Below are positions 27,588 through 39,037 of a stretch of 64,000 bases of DNA, one piece after another (the stretch's first letter is position 1; every line of letters begins with the position of its first letter). The DNA comes from Eledone cirrhosa (Eukaryota), in the NCBI GenBank assembly GCA_964016885.1, contig OZ024763.1, positions 21,824,001 to 21,888,000 on the forward strand. Direction: 5' to 3'. Position numbers and translations under genes: made by a program. The notes beneath the pieces are model-generated. The model was not told the origin of the DNA. It did not search any database and saw only the letters and a program-made list of their open reading frames with translations.

Positions 27588-29230
27588 GCAACAATAAAGA
27601 CAACAAAAACAACAACAACACAAACGTCACAAGTATCCACATACGAAACGAGAAAGACAACAACAACAACAAAGATGAAAACAACTCAAACGACGAGAAA
27701 CAAAACAATACTAATATCCAAAACGAAAACAAAATATCTTTTGCACAAACGGCTAAATTATCAGTCGCTTATGTGCTGGAAGATATTTCAAAAGCAAAAG
27801 AAATGCTGGAAAAAGCCAAGAAATATGTGTCTTTTGGCGAAAACGGATCGTTTTCTATACATTCACCTCCGGAGCTAAAAAGACAGACGGAATTACGAAC
27901 TGTCGTATTCCGAACAATTTTAAATAAAACAAAGAAACCAGCGCAACCATCTCAAGCGGAAACTCAGTTAGTCTTGAAAGACGCGATGAGAGACATCACT
28001 TTCATACAAAAGGATAAACTCTATGGGAGTTTATCCATATTGATGAAAGACGAATTGGCGGCAAAAAAATACTCTGTGTCGCCAATTCGGTCCACACACT
28101 ACACCTTCTTCCCTACCTACATGGGTAAAAAAACCCAGAGGATATGGATAACCACCATCACCCCAAACATAAACTACTGGTGGTTACTAACCGGTTTCCT
28201 CAATTTAGACGAGGACAACCTCATCTCAATAGGGAAGGCATCCGGCGACGCGTTCAGTGGAACGAGCATCGAAGTTCTGACCCAAATAAGGCCAGAACGC
28301 ATCGCCCAAATCCCTGAGCGCGTCATGCTGGATGACCGTACCCACCTCAACATTATTGTGGAGGGTAGGCGTCCCTCCTGTTACCTCTGTGGCAATAGAG
28401 GTCACCTGAGGGCTGCCTGTCCCCAGCTCACACAGAAAAAAACACTGCTACCAACACCAACACCACCCCAACTACAACAACAAAAACAACCACAACAACA
28501 ACAAAAACCAACAACCCCACCACCACCACCACAACAACAACAACAACAAACACGTGAAAAAATAACACAGAATACTGTCCCACCCAATCCCTCCCCACCC
28601 AAAACAAATACAAAAACACGCACACCGCAAACACTACCAGAAAACATACCCCTCCCACCCAACAAGGAAGACGAACCTCTTTCGTCGCAAGACGAAAAAG
28701 ATCCCTTCCAACAAGTAAAAAGAAAGAAGAGGAGACGCACCACAGACACACATGTTAACTTTAATCCCCCCCAAGAGAACACAAACTACACACAAACCAC
28801 CCCTCCCTGTCACACAACACTAACTGCTACACAAAAAAAGACATTACAATACACATACATGAACACAGACAACAAAGAATTACGGAAAACAATTTCAGCA
28901 AACCCTTCGGTCCAAACCGAAGGGCCAAACTTTATAACTGCTGTGGGACTACCTCATTTGAAAATGATAAAAGTCCCAATGCACTTGTACAAAACACTGA
29001 AACTAAATTTCACGGAGGACGTGGGCCCCCCCTGCGCCAAACCAATCAACCGCGTCCTCCTAAAAAATTTCACCCCCCCACCTCACCCAGACACCCACTC
29101 AACGACAAACACCCCAACCCCACAACACACCGATGCCCCTTCACTTCCACAAACCACAACCCCACCCAACAACCCATCCCCAACCAGCATGGAAATTGAG
29201 CGGCCCGTTTCCCGGGACGCAGAGAGGTAA
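27380..29230 (+). CDS. Tx1 ORF1, gag-like protein with CCHC zinc knuckle
   Basis: First ATG at 27380; CYLCGNRGHLRAAC knuckle; SFAQ motif; basic KRKKRRR stretch; low-complexity N/Q/P/T tracts. Confidence 0.88.
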
Positions 29231-29254
29231 GTGCCTTTTCTCTTTACCACCAAC

Positions 29255-32200
29255 ATGGCTGTGCTAAGAGTAGGGTGTCTAAATGCGCGTGGCCTGGGCT
29301 CGTCTTGGAAGCAAGCAATGCTTCTAAATGACCTCAGGTCACAATCTATAAATGTGATGGTTATCTGCGAGGCCCGGATCAGCAGCATGCGACAGCTAGC
29401 CCCCACCTTTGACGACTTTGAGATGCACGCATCTCTCTGTCAGCCCGGAGGTGGGGGTGGGGTTGTCGTTCTGCTGCAAAAACATATGGGCCTTGCAACA
29501 CAGATAGTTCACTTGGACCCAGGGGGTCGACTGGTGGTGCTGGACCTTGGCAGTGGTGAAGGTAGAGCCTTTAGGCTGATAGCCGCATATGCCCCTTTTG
29601 GGACAGAGCGGCCCGACTTTTTCCAGCGTCTGGAGTCTTTTCTAGGGACGTCCCGTTCCCTGCTTTTAGTGGGGGATTGGAATGGTATCCTGGATGCACG
29701 TTGGGACTATGCAGGGGCATGTCCCGATAGAGAGGGGTGCAACAGCCTCAAGGGGTTACTCGGCCGATTTGACCTGGCCGATAGATTTCGACTAGATTTT
29801 CCGACGGTGCCAACCTGGTCTTGGTCAAATCGCAGCGGATCATCTAGATCGTACCTAGATAGATTTTTAGTTAGAAATAAGGACAGGGACTTTTTAAGTT
29901 GTCCAGAAATGCTCATGGTTGGCTATTCAGACCACAAGTTGGTGACCTGCATGGTCAACCTTGATAGAACGCATAGACAGGGCCCCGGTTACTGGAAGCT
30001 CAACTTGTCCTTGCCGGCAAGTAGAGCCTACAGGAATCGGATTAGTACGTTAGTTAAGGAACGGTTGACTGGAGCGATCGTCAACAGCAGGTGGTGGGTA
30101 TCTCTAAAGAGAGAGATTAGAGTAGTCTCGATTGAATTTAGTAAGGTTCTAGCTGCGGATAGGAATAGGAAGGAAAGGGAGCTAATAGATAGAGTAGCAG
30201 AGGCAATTAGAAGCGGCGACGTGGCCAGAGTGCTAGCGTCGAGAACGGCTTTGAGCCAGTTTTTCGACGCGAAGCACGAAGGCTGCGTTGTCCGAAGTAA
30301 AATACGTGCTCTAGGGAACGAGGGGGCCAAAGCTGTTAGCTGGGCCCGCGTGACAGAGGCCAACAGTGGAACTAAATCCACCATCCGGTCTTTGCGAGAC
30401 CTGGATGGACGGGCGATTCTTGAGCCTAAGCAGATGTGTGAGGCCTTTCAAAGGCACTTTGCCCGACTGTTCGGGAGGGGCGGGGAGCCGGTTGGAAACG
30501 TGGACTTCGGTCCATACCTCGACGGCCTGCCGCGCCTCTCGGACAGGGAGGCGAAGTCTTGCGAGGAGCCGATTTCGGCCGTTGAGATAGAGGACGTGCT
30601 GGGCCAATGCGGCAAACGCAAATCCCCGGGTCTCGATGGTCTTCCTTACGAATTATATCTAGCTATGCCGGACTTGTTCCCCGATCTCCTCGAGGCGGTC
30701 TACTGCAACTGGCAACAGAACGGGAGAATTCCCTGTACTGTGACCAAGGGCGTAGTCACGCTAGTGAGGAAGGACGAGAACAAGGGGGACGAAATAAGTA
30801 ACTTCAGGCCCATAACTCTGCTAAATACAGAGTTACAGATTTTGGCCAAGGTGCTAGCAAAGAGGTTGGCGCTTGTCGTGGGCAACCTGGTGGGAGATGC
30901 GCAGACATGCGCTATCCCGTCCAGGTCCATCCATGACAACCTCCACCTCATGCGATACATCATAGAGAGGGTTGGGAACGAACCCGGCTTTGGTGGGGCT
31001 CTGATCAACTTGGATCAATCTAAGGCGTTCGATAGGGTCGACCATGGTTACCTGGATGCGGTGCTAGCGGCGGCAGGCTTCGGACCCGTTTTCAGGGGCT
31101 GGATCACTGCTATGCACAGCAGCCGCATCTGTTCTAGGGTCAAGGTAAACGGCTACCTCTCGGAGCCGTTCAAAATCGCGCGGTCCATCCGACAAGGGTG
31201 CCCTCTCTCCTCCCTTCTGTATGTGTTGACTCTCGAGCCACTACTGCGGAAGTTGGAGTTGTTGCAGGGCATCCCTTTGGAACCGGGATTGCGGAAAGCG
31301 GTGTCAGCCTACGCCGATGATGTGACAGTAATGGTGTCGACGGCCTCCGAAATCGAGGCGGTCGGCACCTTACTGGAGGAGTACGAAAAGTTCACAGGGG
31401 CTAAGCTGAACCGGGACAAGTCGATCGGTTTGCAACTCGGCACGTGGAGGGGCAGACCGATGCCCTCCGATGGCGTCGTCGGACGCTGGACGGAGGGCCC
31501 GGTGAAGTTGCTCGGGGTCTGGTTCGGACCGGACCTCCAGGTGGAGAAAAACTGGGCGGAGGTTACGAACAGGGTGTTTGCACTGACCCAGAAGTGGGCC
31601 AGTTGCAAACTATCCCTGAAAGGTCGGGCGGAGGTGGCGAACACTTATATAGCGTCCGTCATCTACTACCGCCTGACCGTAGTGCCCTGCCCAAGGGAAA
31701 CCCTCACCAAGATGGAGCGCGCGCTCTTCCAATTCCTTTGGAAGGGGCGGGCTCCTATGGTGAGGAGATCCATCTGCTGTCAACACCCTTCGAAAGGAGG
31801 GCTGGGGATGCCGTGGCTAATGATGCGTAAACACGCATTAAGGCTACGGCACCTCTACGTATTCCTCACCAGACAACCGGTGTGGGCCCCGTTTGTGAGA
31901 CGAACCTTTCCCAGACTCGTCTCACTCACCGAACTACAATCCTGGGTCAAGCAGAGACCGAGAAAACTGGGCGCCTGGCACACTGAGTGTGCCCAGGCGC
32001 TCACCGCCCTCTGGCAGGCGGATCCGGTTATCAGTGGAGACTCCACCGCAACATTCTATAGAGGGCTGGTACGCAGCAGGTGCGACGACGCCCTCGGAGA
32101 AGCCCTAGACATGGAGGAGGACGAACTGGCCAGCCTGTTCGGTAGGACATTCAGCCCGGGACCTATGGACAACTTCCAGAAGTCCCTGGCCTGGCAGTGC

Positions 32201-32692
32201 TACCGAGGGGCTTTACCCGTTCGAGAAAGGCTCTACAGACACGGGCGCCCGGGTAGGGACCCCGCCAAAAAGATCTGTCCCAGATGCGTGTGCGACGAGG
32301 AAACCGTTGCACACGCATTGGTACACTGCTCGGGCGTAGCCGATCTGTGGGGCTATGTCGAACAACTGCTGTCAAGGGTGGGACCGATCCGGTTGACCAC
32401 CGAGTCTATTGTAATGATCAAGCCGCCTCCCCCCTTCAAAGATGAAGCAGAGGCGGTGTTTCTGTGCGTAATAGCCATGGCGAAAGAGGTTGTATGGTGG
32501 ACGCGTCTGAAAGGACTGAGGTCGGGCGCCTTTCTCTCTGGCCAACAACTGGTCCGTTTCTTCCGATATCATTTCGGAAGAAGGATCAGGATGGAGAGAG
32601 AGGTGCTGCACCCCAGTCGTTTTTATGAAAGGTGGGTGAAAGTGGCGAGAATGGCCCGTGTGAATGGGCCTTCTCTTTACATAAGCCTGTAG
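29255..32692 (+). CDS. Tx1 ORF2: APE endonuclease, RT and C-terminal Cys/His finger
   Basis: LNARGL, GDWN, YLDRF, SDH, PGYWKLN, FRPITLLN, LDQSKAFD, RQGCPLS, YADD, CPRC..ETVAHALVHC; no internal stops. Confidence 0.95.
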   Translation: MAVLRVGCLNARGLGSSWKQAMLLNDLRSQSINVMVICEARISSMRQLAPTFDDFEMHASLCQPGGGGGVVVLLQKHMGLATQIVHLDPGGRLVVLDLGSGEGRAFRLIAAYAPFGTERPDFFQRLESFLGTSRSLLLVGDWNGILDARWDYAGACPDREGCNSLKGLLGRFDLADRFRLDFPTVPTWSWSNRSGSSRSYLDRFLVRNKDRDFLSCPEMLMVGYSDHKLVTCMVNLDRTHRQGPGYWKLNLSLPASRAYRNRISTLVKERLTGAIVNSRWWVSLKREIRVVSIEFSKVLAADRNRKERELIDRVAEAIRSGDVARVLASRTALSQFFDAKHEGCVVRSKIRALGNEGAKAVSWARVTEANSGTKSTIRSLRDLDGRAILEPKQMCEAFQRHFARLFGRGGEPVGNVDFGPYLDGLPRLSDREAKSCEEPISAVEIEDVLGQCGKRKSPGLDGLPYELYLAMPDLFPDLLEAVYCNWQQNGRIPCTVTKGVVTLVRKDENKGDEISNFRPITLLNTELQILAKVLAKRLALVVGNLVGDAQTCAIPSRSIHDNLHLMRYIIERVGNEPGFGGALINLDQSKAFDRVDHGYLDAVLAAAGFGPVFRGWITAMHSSRICSRVKVNGYLSEPFKIARSIRQGCPLSSLLYVLTLEPLLRKLELLQGIPLEPGLRKAVSAYADDVTVMVSTASEIEAVGTLLEEYEKFTGAKLNRDKSIGLQLGTWRGRPMPSDGVVGRWTEGPVKLLGVWFGPDLQVEKNWAEVTNRVFALTQKWASCKLSLKGRAEVANTYIASVIYYRLTVVPCPRETLTKMERALFQFLWKGRAPMVRRSICCQHPSKGGLGMPWLMMRKHALRLRHLYVFLTRQPVWAPFVRRTFPRLVSLTELQSWVKQRPRKLGAWHTECAQALTALWQADPVISGDSTATFYRGLVRSRCDDALGEALDMEEDELASLFGRTFSPGPMDNFQKSLAWQCYRGALPVRERLYRHGRPGRDPAKKICPRCVCDEETVAHALVHCSGVADLWGYVEQLLSRVGPIRLTTESIVMIKPPPPFKDEAEAVFLCVIAMAKEVVWWTRLKGLRSGAFLSGQQLVRFFRYHFGRRIRMEREVLHPSRFYERWVKVARMARVNGPSLYISL

Positions 32693-33039
32693 GTGGAAAA
32701 GAGGAAGGAACGAGGGAGCACCCCCTCTCTGTGCTCCTGAGGAAAAGGGTTGCACACTTCTTTCGGGGGTGTGTGCGACCCCCCAAGGCGCCTCCTCTCT
32801 ATTGAGGATTTTGTTAAAAATTTTATTTTTTGTTATATCTTATTTTATTTTTATATTTTGTTATTGCCTCCTCCTTATTGAGGACGCCTTTTTGTGTAAA
32901 CTCCCCCCTTTGTACTTGTCCCACTTTTGATGCCCTAGTGGCAAATAAAAGAAACTTATCTATCTATCTATCTATCTATCTGTCTATCAACCTATCAATA
33001 TATATATATATATCTAGACATCTACCTACATATCTATCT

Positions 33040-33765
33040 ATCAATCTCGACATCTATCTATCTATTTATCCATCTGTCTATCTATATATCCATCTAGACA
33101 TCTATCTATCTATTTATCCATCTGTCTATCTATATATCCATCTAGACATCTATCTATCTATTTATCCATCTGTCTATCTATATATCCATCTAGACATCTA
33201 TCTATCTATTTATCCATCTGTCTATCTATATATCCATCTAGACATCTATCTATCTATTTATCCATCTGTCTATCTATATATCCATCTAGACATCTATCTA
33301 TCTATTTATCCATCTGTCTATCTATATATCCATCTAGACATCTATCTATCTATTTATCCATCTGTCTATCTATATATCCATCTAGACATCTATCTATCTA
33401 TTTATCCATCTGTCTATCTATATATCCATCTAGACATCTATCTATCTATTTATCCATCTGTCTATCTATATATCCATCTAGACATCTATCTATCTATTTA
33501 TCCATCTGTCTATCTATATATCCATCTAGACATCTATCTATCTATTTATCCATCTGTCTATCTATATATCCATCTAGACATCTATCTATCTATTTATCCA
33601 TCTGTCTATCTATATATCCATCTAGACATCTATCTATCTATTTATCCATCTGTCTATCTATATATCCATCTAGACATCTATCTATCTATTTATCCATCTG
33701 TCTATCTATATATCCATCTAGACATCTATCTATCTATTTATCCATCTGTCTATCTATATATCCAT
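33040..33765. repeat. 48-bp higher-order repeat built from TATC, ~15 copies
   Basis: Unit TCTAGACATCTATCTATCTATTTATCCATCTGTCTATCTATATATCCA. Confidence 0.95.
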
Positions 33766-34192
33766 CTATCTATCCAGCTAGACATATATCGATCAATCTA
33801 TCTATTTACCTACCTATCTATCTACCTATCCAACTACCAATCTATCTATTTACCTATCTATCAATCTATCTAAGCACTAACAATTATCAGAATATTTGCG
33901 AAGAAATCACAACTGACTTAAAAGCCATCTTTTCTTTCCTGTTTTTATTGCGACCTATTGATTGCATTTGTGAATATTTGTCATCCATCTCTTTATCTCT
34001 GCAATGGGGGACATCTTCTGAAATAGTCTGTCAATTATTAAAGAAAACATGTGGCAGTTGCTATTGTCATTATTGCTTTCATTTATAAAATGCTGAAATG
34101 CTGAATACTTTCTAACTGATAATTTATAATTTGTCTGCATATCGTTAGAGAACAGACAGGAATATATTTATATATATAAGCCATGTGCCTAT

Positions 34193-34527
34193 GGAGGCAC
34201 ATGGCTTAGTGGTTAGAGCATTGGCCTTGCAATCGAAAGGTTGTGAGTTCAATTCTCAATTCTGATGTGTTGTTTCCTTGAGCAAGACACTTTATTTCAC
34301 ATTGCTCCAGTTTACTCAGCTGTAGAAATGAGATGATAGGGACTGGGGTCCATATCATTCCACTGCAAAGTGGTCGTGGAGGTGCCACGGCAAAAAAAGC
34401 ACCCAGCACTCACTGTAAATGAGGTTGGTGTTAGGAAGGGCATCCAGCTGTAGAAATCAAGCCAGCATCAGTTCCCGTCCCACCCTTGCAAGCAGGGAAA
34501 AAGCGGACGTAAAATGAAATGATGATG
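34193..34527 (+). mobile_element. SINE family A copy
   Basis: Near-identical to 63215-63550. Confidence 0.85.
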
Positions 34528-35218
34528 AAAAATGATATATTTGTCTGTTTGTGTGTGTGTGTGTGTATTGGATGGTGTGTGTGTGTACAGTGTGTGCATG
34601 TCTGTGTCTTGTGTGTATATGTATATACATGCACAGGTATGTCATCATCATCATCATTTTACATCCACTTTTCCCTGCTTGAAAGGGTGGGATGGGTCCT
34701 ATTCAGCACAGCATCTCTTCATTGACAAAGACCCTTCAGAAATAGGGTCTTTGTCACAGCAGAAAATAGGTGTTTGCCCTATACCTGCACTCTGTCCCCA
34801 GCTTTGCAAGTTGCCTTCCCCATTATATTTATTGTCACTTATCCTTCTAATACCAAGAATAAGTCTGAACAAGGTTTTAAGAGATAACAAATTTTTATCT
34901 GAAAAAAAAATGACTTTCCAGGCGAAACTTCAAACTTTCACAGTTGATGAGGGTCGCCTTGCAGTTGTCTGCTTGATCTAAAGTTTTGTTGCATAGATTG
35001 GTGTTTTTTTAACTGGAGGTGGGAGCTAAACTGTTAGAAAGTATATATATATATATATATATGAACTAACAAATAACTAGTAGTAAATATATAACTAGCA
35101 ATATGTATGTATGCAGAGAGTGGGGTAAAATCCATACTGCGATGGCAAGCAGTTTCAACTTTTCGAATATATACAATATATAAATATAAACACATTATAT
35201 ACACACACACACATACAC

Positions 35219-35257
<39 letters not shown>

Positions 35258-35493
35258 AAGAGAGAGAGAGATAGACATACACACACACATAAACATGCAT
35301 ACATACATAGCTATATACATACATAAATATATACATACATAGATATATACATACATAAATATATACATACATAGCTATATACATACATAGCTATATACAT
35401 ACATAGCTATATACATACATAAATATATACATACATAGCTATATACATACATAGCTATATACATACGTAAATATATACATACATAGATATATA

Positions 35494-36048
35494 CATGGTG
35501 GCTGCCAACTCGTTTTCGAGTACGGCCACTACTTTATATCCATGTAGGAGAACCCCTACCGATGCGCTGAACGAGTGTGACTTTTTAGTCCAGCCAGCGA
35601 CTTGAAAACTCTGGTACAAACACTACACTTGTGACAATTATTGACACATAGTGCTGGGCCCATGGTACCATGTGACGGCAAGTGCAGAGAGATCTCCAGA
35701 TATAAAGCAATGCCTGTGTCGTGAAGCTTTTATAGTGAGCAAAGGCACTGCACAAAGCCAGTCCCACTCTCTTAACCAAGATGATATTTACCAAAAAGAA
35801 GAACAAGTCAACATCATTGGATACCATCAGGGTTGCAGGTGTTATATCAGAGTTTTCCTTCTAGAATTCTGCCTTGACAAAGGCTAAGGGGTCATCTCTC
35901 CCGGTGATTTTGGATGGCCATTGACTCTTAAGAGCTCATTTGCCCTTTGACAGGTTTTGTTTTTAGTCCTGCAGGATGTCCAAAGTCACCCTCCTCACCA
36001 TGAAACCTTAGTGGGGTTGCCAGTTTAGTCGCCAACGACTCGACTATG
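35494..36048 (-). mobile_element. Non-autonomous bipartite RTE derivative, copy 2 (slightly 5'-truncated)
   Basis: Reverse complement of ~10235-10787. Confidence 0.85.
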
Positions 36049-38185
36049 AGATATATACATACATAGATATATACATACATAGATATATACACTGTTCATT
36101 TTCCTGATGTTTGTACATTACCCTATGTACTATACATACACTTTTTGATGAGTTGTAGTGCACCTGAGCACTGTACACAATATTTAATATAGCTATATAC
36201 ATACATAGATATACATACATAGCTATATACATACAGAGATATATACATACAGAGATATATACATACATAGCTATATACATACATAGCTATATACATACAT
36301 AGATATATACATACATAGCTAGATATATATCTAAGTATTTGAGTGTTCCTATTATGAGCTCACATTCCATCAATAACACCTATGTTTATTATTTCTCTGA
36401 TTTAATGTTATGATAGGTGGATTGGCAGTATTGGTAGAGGGTCAGATGCCATGCTTTGATGTATAGAGTTACGGTCCTTGCCATTCTGAGTTCAAATCCT
36501 GCCGAGGATAACTTTGCCTTTCATCCTTACAGGGTCGATAAAATAAAGTACCAGTAATGCACTGGGTATTTGCTGGCCTTGTGCCAAACGTAGAAACAGT
36601 TATGATGATACTGAGATAAAAACCTTCAAGGAACCAAAGAAGATCTGTTTATTTTGGGTTAACTCAAACTGAGCTGGTGCTTATTTTTACGGAGCAAAGT
36701 ACCTATGTACTGTATTTATTCTCTGAATACACAATGCACACTTGTAACTATTTAGTCACACAGCTAACAACATGCCAAACAAGTGGTTCCAAAAGAATCT
36801 TCGCATGATAGCATCGGATCAACTGATGCGTAGCCAAGCCATATCGCTGTGACTAAATTCAAAGTATTTCATTTGTTCCAGACCCAATCTCCCTATTTCC
36901 AGATATTTTCTGTTTTAATAATAGATAGATGGTGGCAGAGAAATGAGGGGGAAATATTTTGTTTTTATCATTTCTGGGCTAGATATGTATTAGTTTTAAA
37001 AAGAAAATTATACATATATATATATATGAACCATATATATATATATATATAAAACAGAAAAGTAAACACGGGGGAGCGGGAAAAACAGATAACAAAAAAA
37101 AAATAAACAGAAATCAAAGCTGCTGTATTACTGTAAAATAAGCTACTGACTCGAAAAATCCAGCTCTGGTAGTCTTTCCTGCCTTGCTTTGAAGCTTCTA
37201 TAAAATCCTGTTGACTCGAAAAATTTAGCTTTGATACACCTATAACATCCTACAGACTCGAAAAATTCAGCTTCACAGCTTTTCCTGTTTTGCTTGGAAG
37301 CCTCTATCTCATCCTATTGACTCAAAAGATCCGGCTCTGTAGCCTTTCCTGCCTAGCTTTGAAACATCCATAAAATCCTGCAGATGCCAAAATTTCAGTT
37401 CTATAGTCTTTCTTGTGTGGCTTTGAAGCATCCATTACATCCCACCATTGGTTGAGTTAGTTGTAAGCTAAATAAGGAATATCTTAGGGCCAGACACCAT
37501 CGGCGCATCATTTAAAAAAAATATATTTTTATTTTATCATTAGTTTTTATTAAACACTAAATCATAAAAAAATATATACATACATACATAACCATGTAAC
37601 AGAAATATATATCATGCAATAAACAATTATGGTGAATTAATCCTATCTTAACTACCATTATTTGATTAGAGGATCGGACGCCATGCTTAGACGCATAGAG
37701 TTACGGCCCTTGCCATTCTGAGTTCAAATCCCGCCGAGGTTTACTTTGTCTTTCATCCTTACGGGGTCGGTAAAATAAAGTACCAGTAATGCACTGGGTA
37801 TTTGCTGGCCTTGTACCAAAAGTAGAAACAATTATTTGATTAAAGGGTGGTGGATTGGCAGTAGAGAGTCGGATGCCATACTCTGCAGCAAAGAGTTACG
37901 GCCCTTTATGGTCTGAATTCAAATCCCGCCGAGGTTAACTTTGCCTTTCATCCTTACGGGGCCGATAAAATAAAGTACCAGTAATGCTCTGGGATAATTG
38001 CTGGCCTTGTGCCAAAAGTAGAAATAATTATTTGATAACTGAATACTCCATCACTCCTTATCACCTACCTGGGATATAGTACTGATGCGTAGTGCTTTGG
38101 TCGATAGGACTTGCTTATCATCAGGAAGTTACTATGTAACAACTAAGATAAACAACACTCTTCTGCAAGATATATATAATTATAT

Positions 38186-38535
38186 GGAGGCACATGGCTT
38201 AGTGGTTAGAGCATTGGCCTTGCAATTCGAAAGGTTGTGAGTTCAATTCTCAGACCGGGTGATGTGTTGTTTCCTTGAGCAAGACACTTTATTTCACATT
38301 GCTCCAGTTTACTCAGCTGTAGAAATGAGATGATAGGGACTGGGGTCCCTATCATTCCACTGCAAAGTGGCCGTGGAGGTGCCATGGCAAAAAAGCACCC
38401 AGCAACTCACTGTAAATGAGGTTGGTGTTAGGAAGGGCATCCAGCTGTAGAAATCAAGCCAGAATCAGTTCCCGTCCCACCCCTGCAAGCAGGGAAAAGT
38501 GGACGTAAAATGAAATGAAATGATGAATGAAATGA
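38186..38535 (+). mobile_element. SINE family A copy
   Basis: Near-identical to 63215-63550. Confidence 0.85.
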
Positions 38536-38688
38536 TATATTTTGGTGAGGGGCTGTACTCTGCCAGATTTTAAATGCCCAAGAAATGCCATATGACACTA
38601 CGGCATCACTATGACTTCACCAGGAGTTATGGGATTAAGATATATATAAACATACGCATATATATATGTATGTATATATATATATATA

Positions 38689-39003
38689 ATCATCATTTTC
38701 ACCGGTTTATGTCCGTTCTTCCAGGCTAGCATGGGTTAGACGGGTTGTCCTGTTGTGTGCAGTGTCCAGTCGGCTGACCTTGTCTTGCTCATACAGAACT
38801 GATTCTGGCTTGGTTTCTACAGCTGGATGCCCTTCCTAACACCAACCTCATTTACAGTGAGTGCTGGGTGCTTTTTTTCCGTGGCGCCTACACGTCCACT
38901 TCGCAGTGGAATGATAGGGACCCCAGTCCCTATCATCTCATTTCTACAGCTGAGTAAACTGAAGCAATGTGAAATAAAGTGTCTTGCTCAAGGAAACAAC
39001 ACA
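38689..39003 (-). mobile_element. SINE family A variant with a longer RTE tail, 5'-truncated
   Basis: CORE-like part plus a tail matching LINE 40990-41195. Confidence 0.8.
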
Positions 39004-39035
<32 letters not shown>

Positions 39036-39037
39036 CA

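Larger units (their letters stand above)
27161..32956 (+). mobile_element. Full-length Tx1-clade (L1 group) non-LTR retrotransposon inserted in a (TATC)n microsatellite
   Basis: 5' UTR, ORF1, ORF2, and a 3' UTR with AATAAA at 32944; (TATC)n directly on both sides. Confidence 0.9.

Noticed and set aside
32830-33873. 347-aa repetitive ORF after Tx1
   Set aside because: Read-through of the 48-bp TATC-based array from a non-ATG start.
35125-35165. Half hammerheads (GAAACTGC..GCAGTA on the minus strand here; GAAACACATGTA near 7730)
   Set aside because: No recognisable CUGANGA partner; at most truncated remnants.
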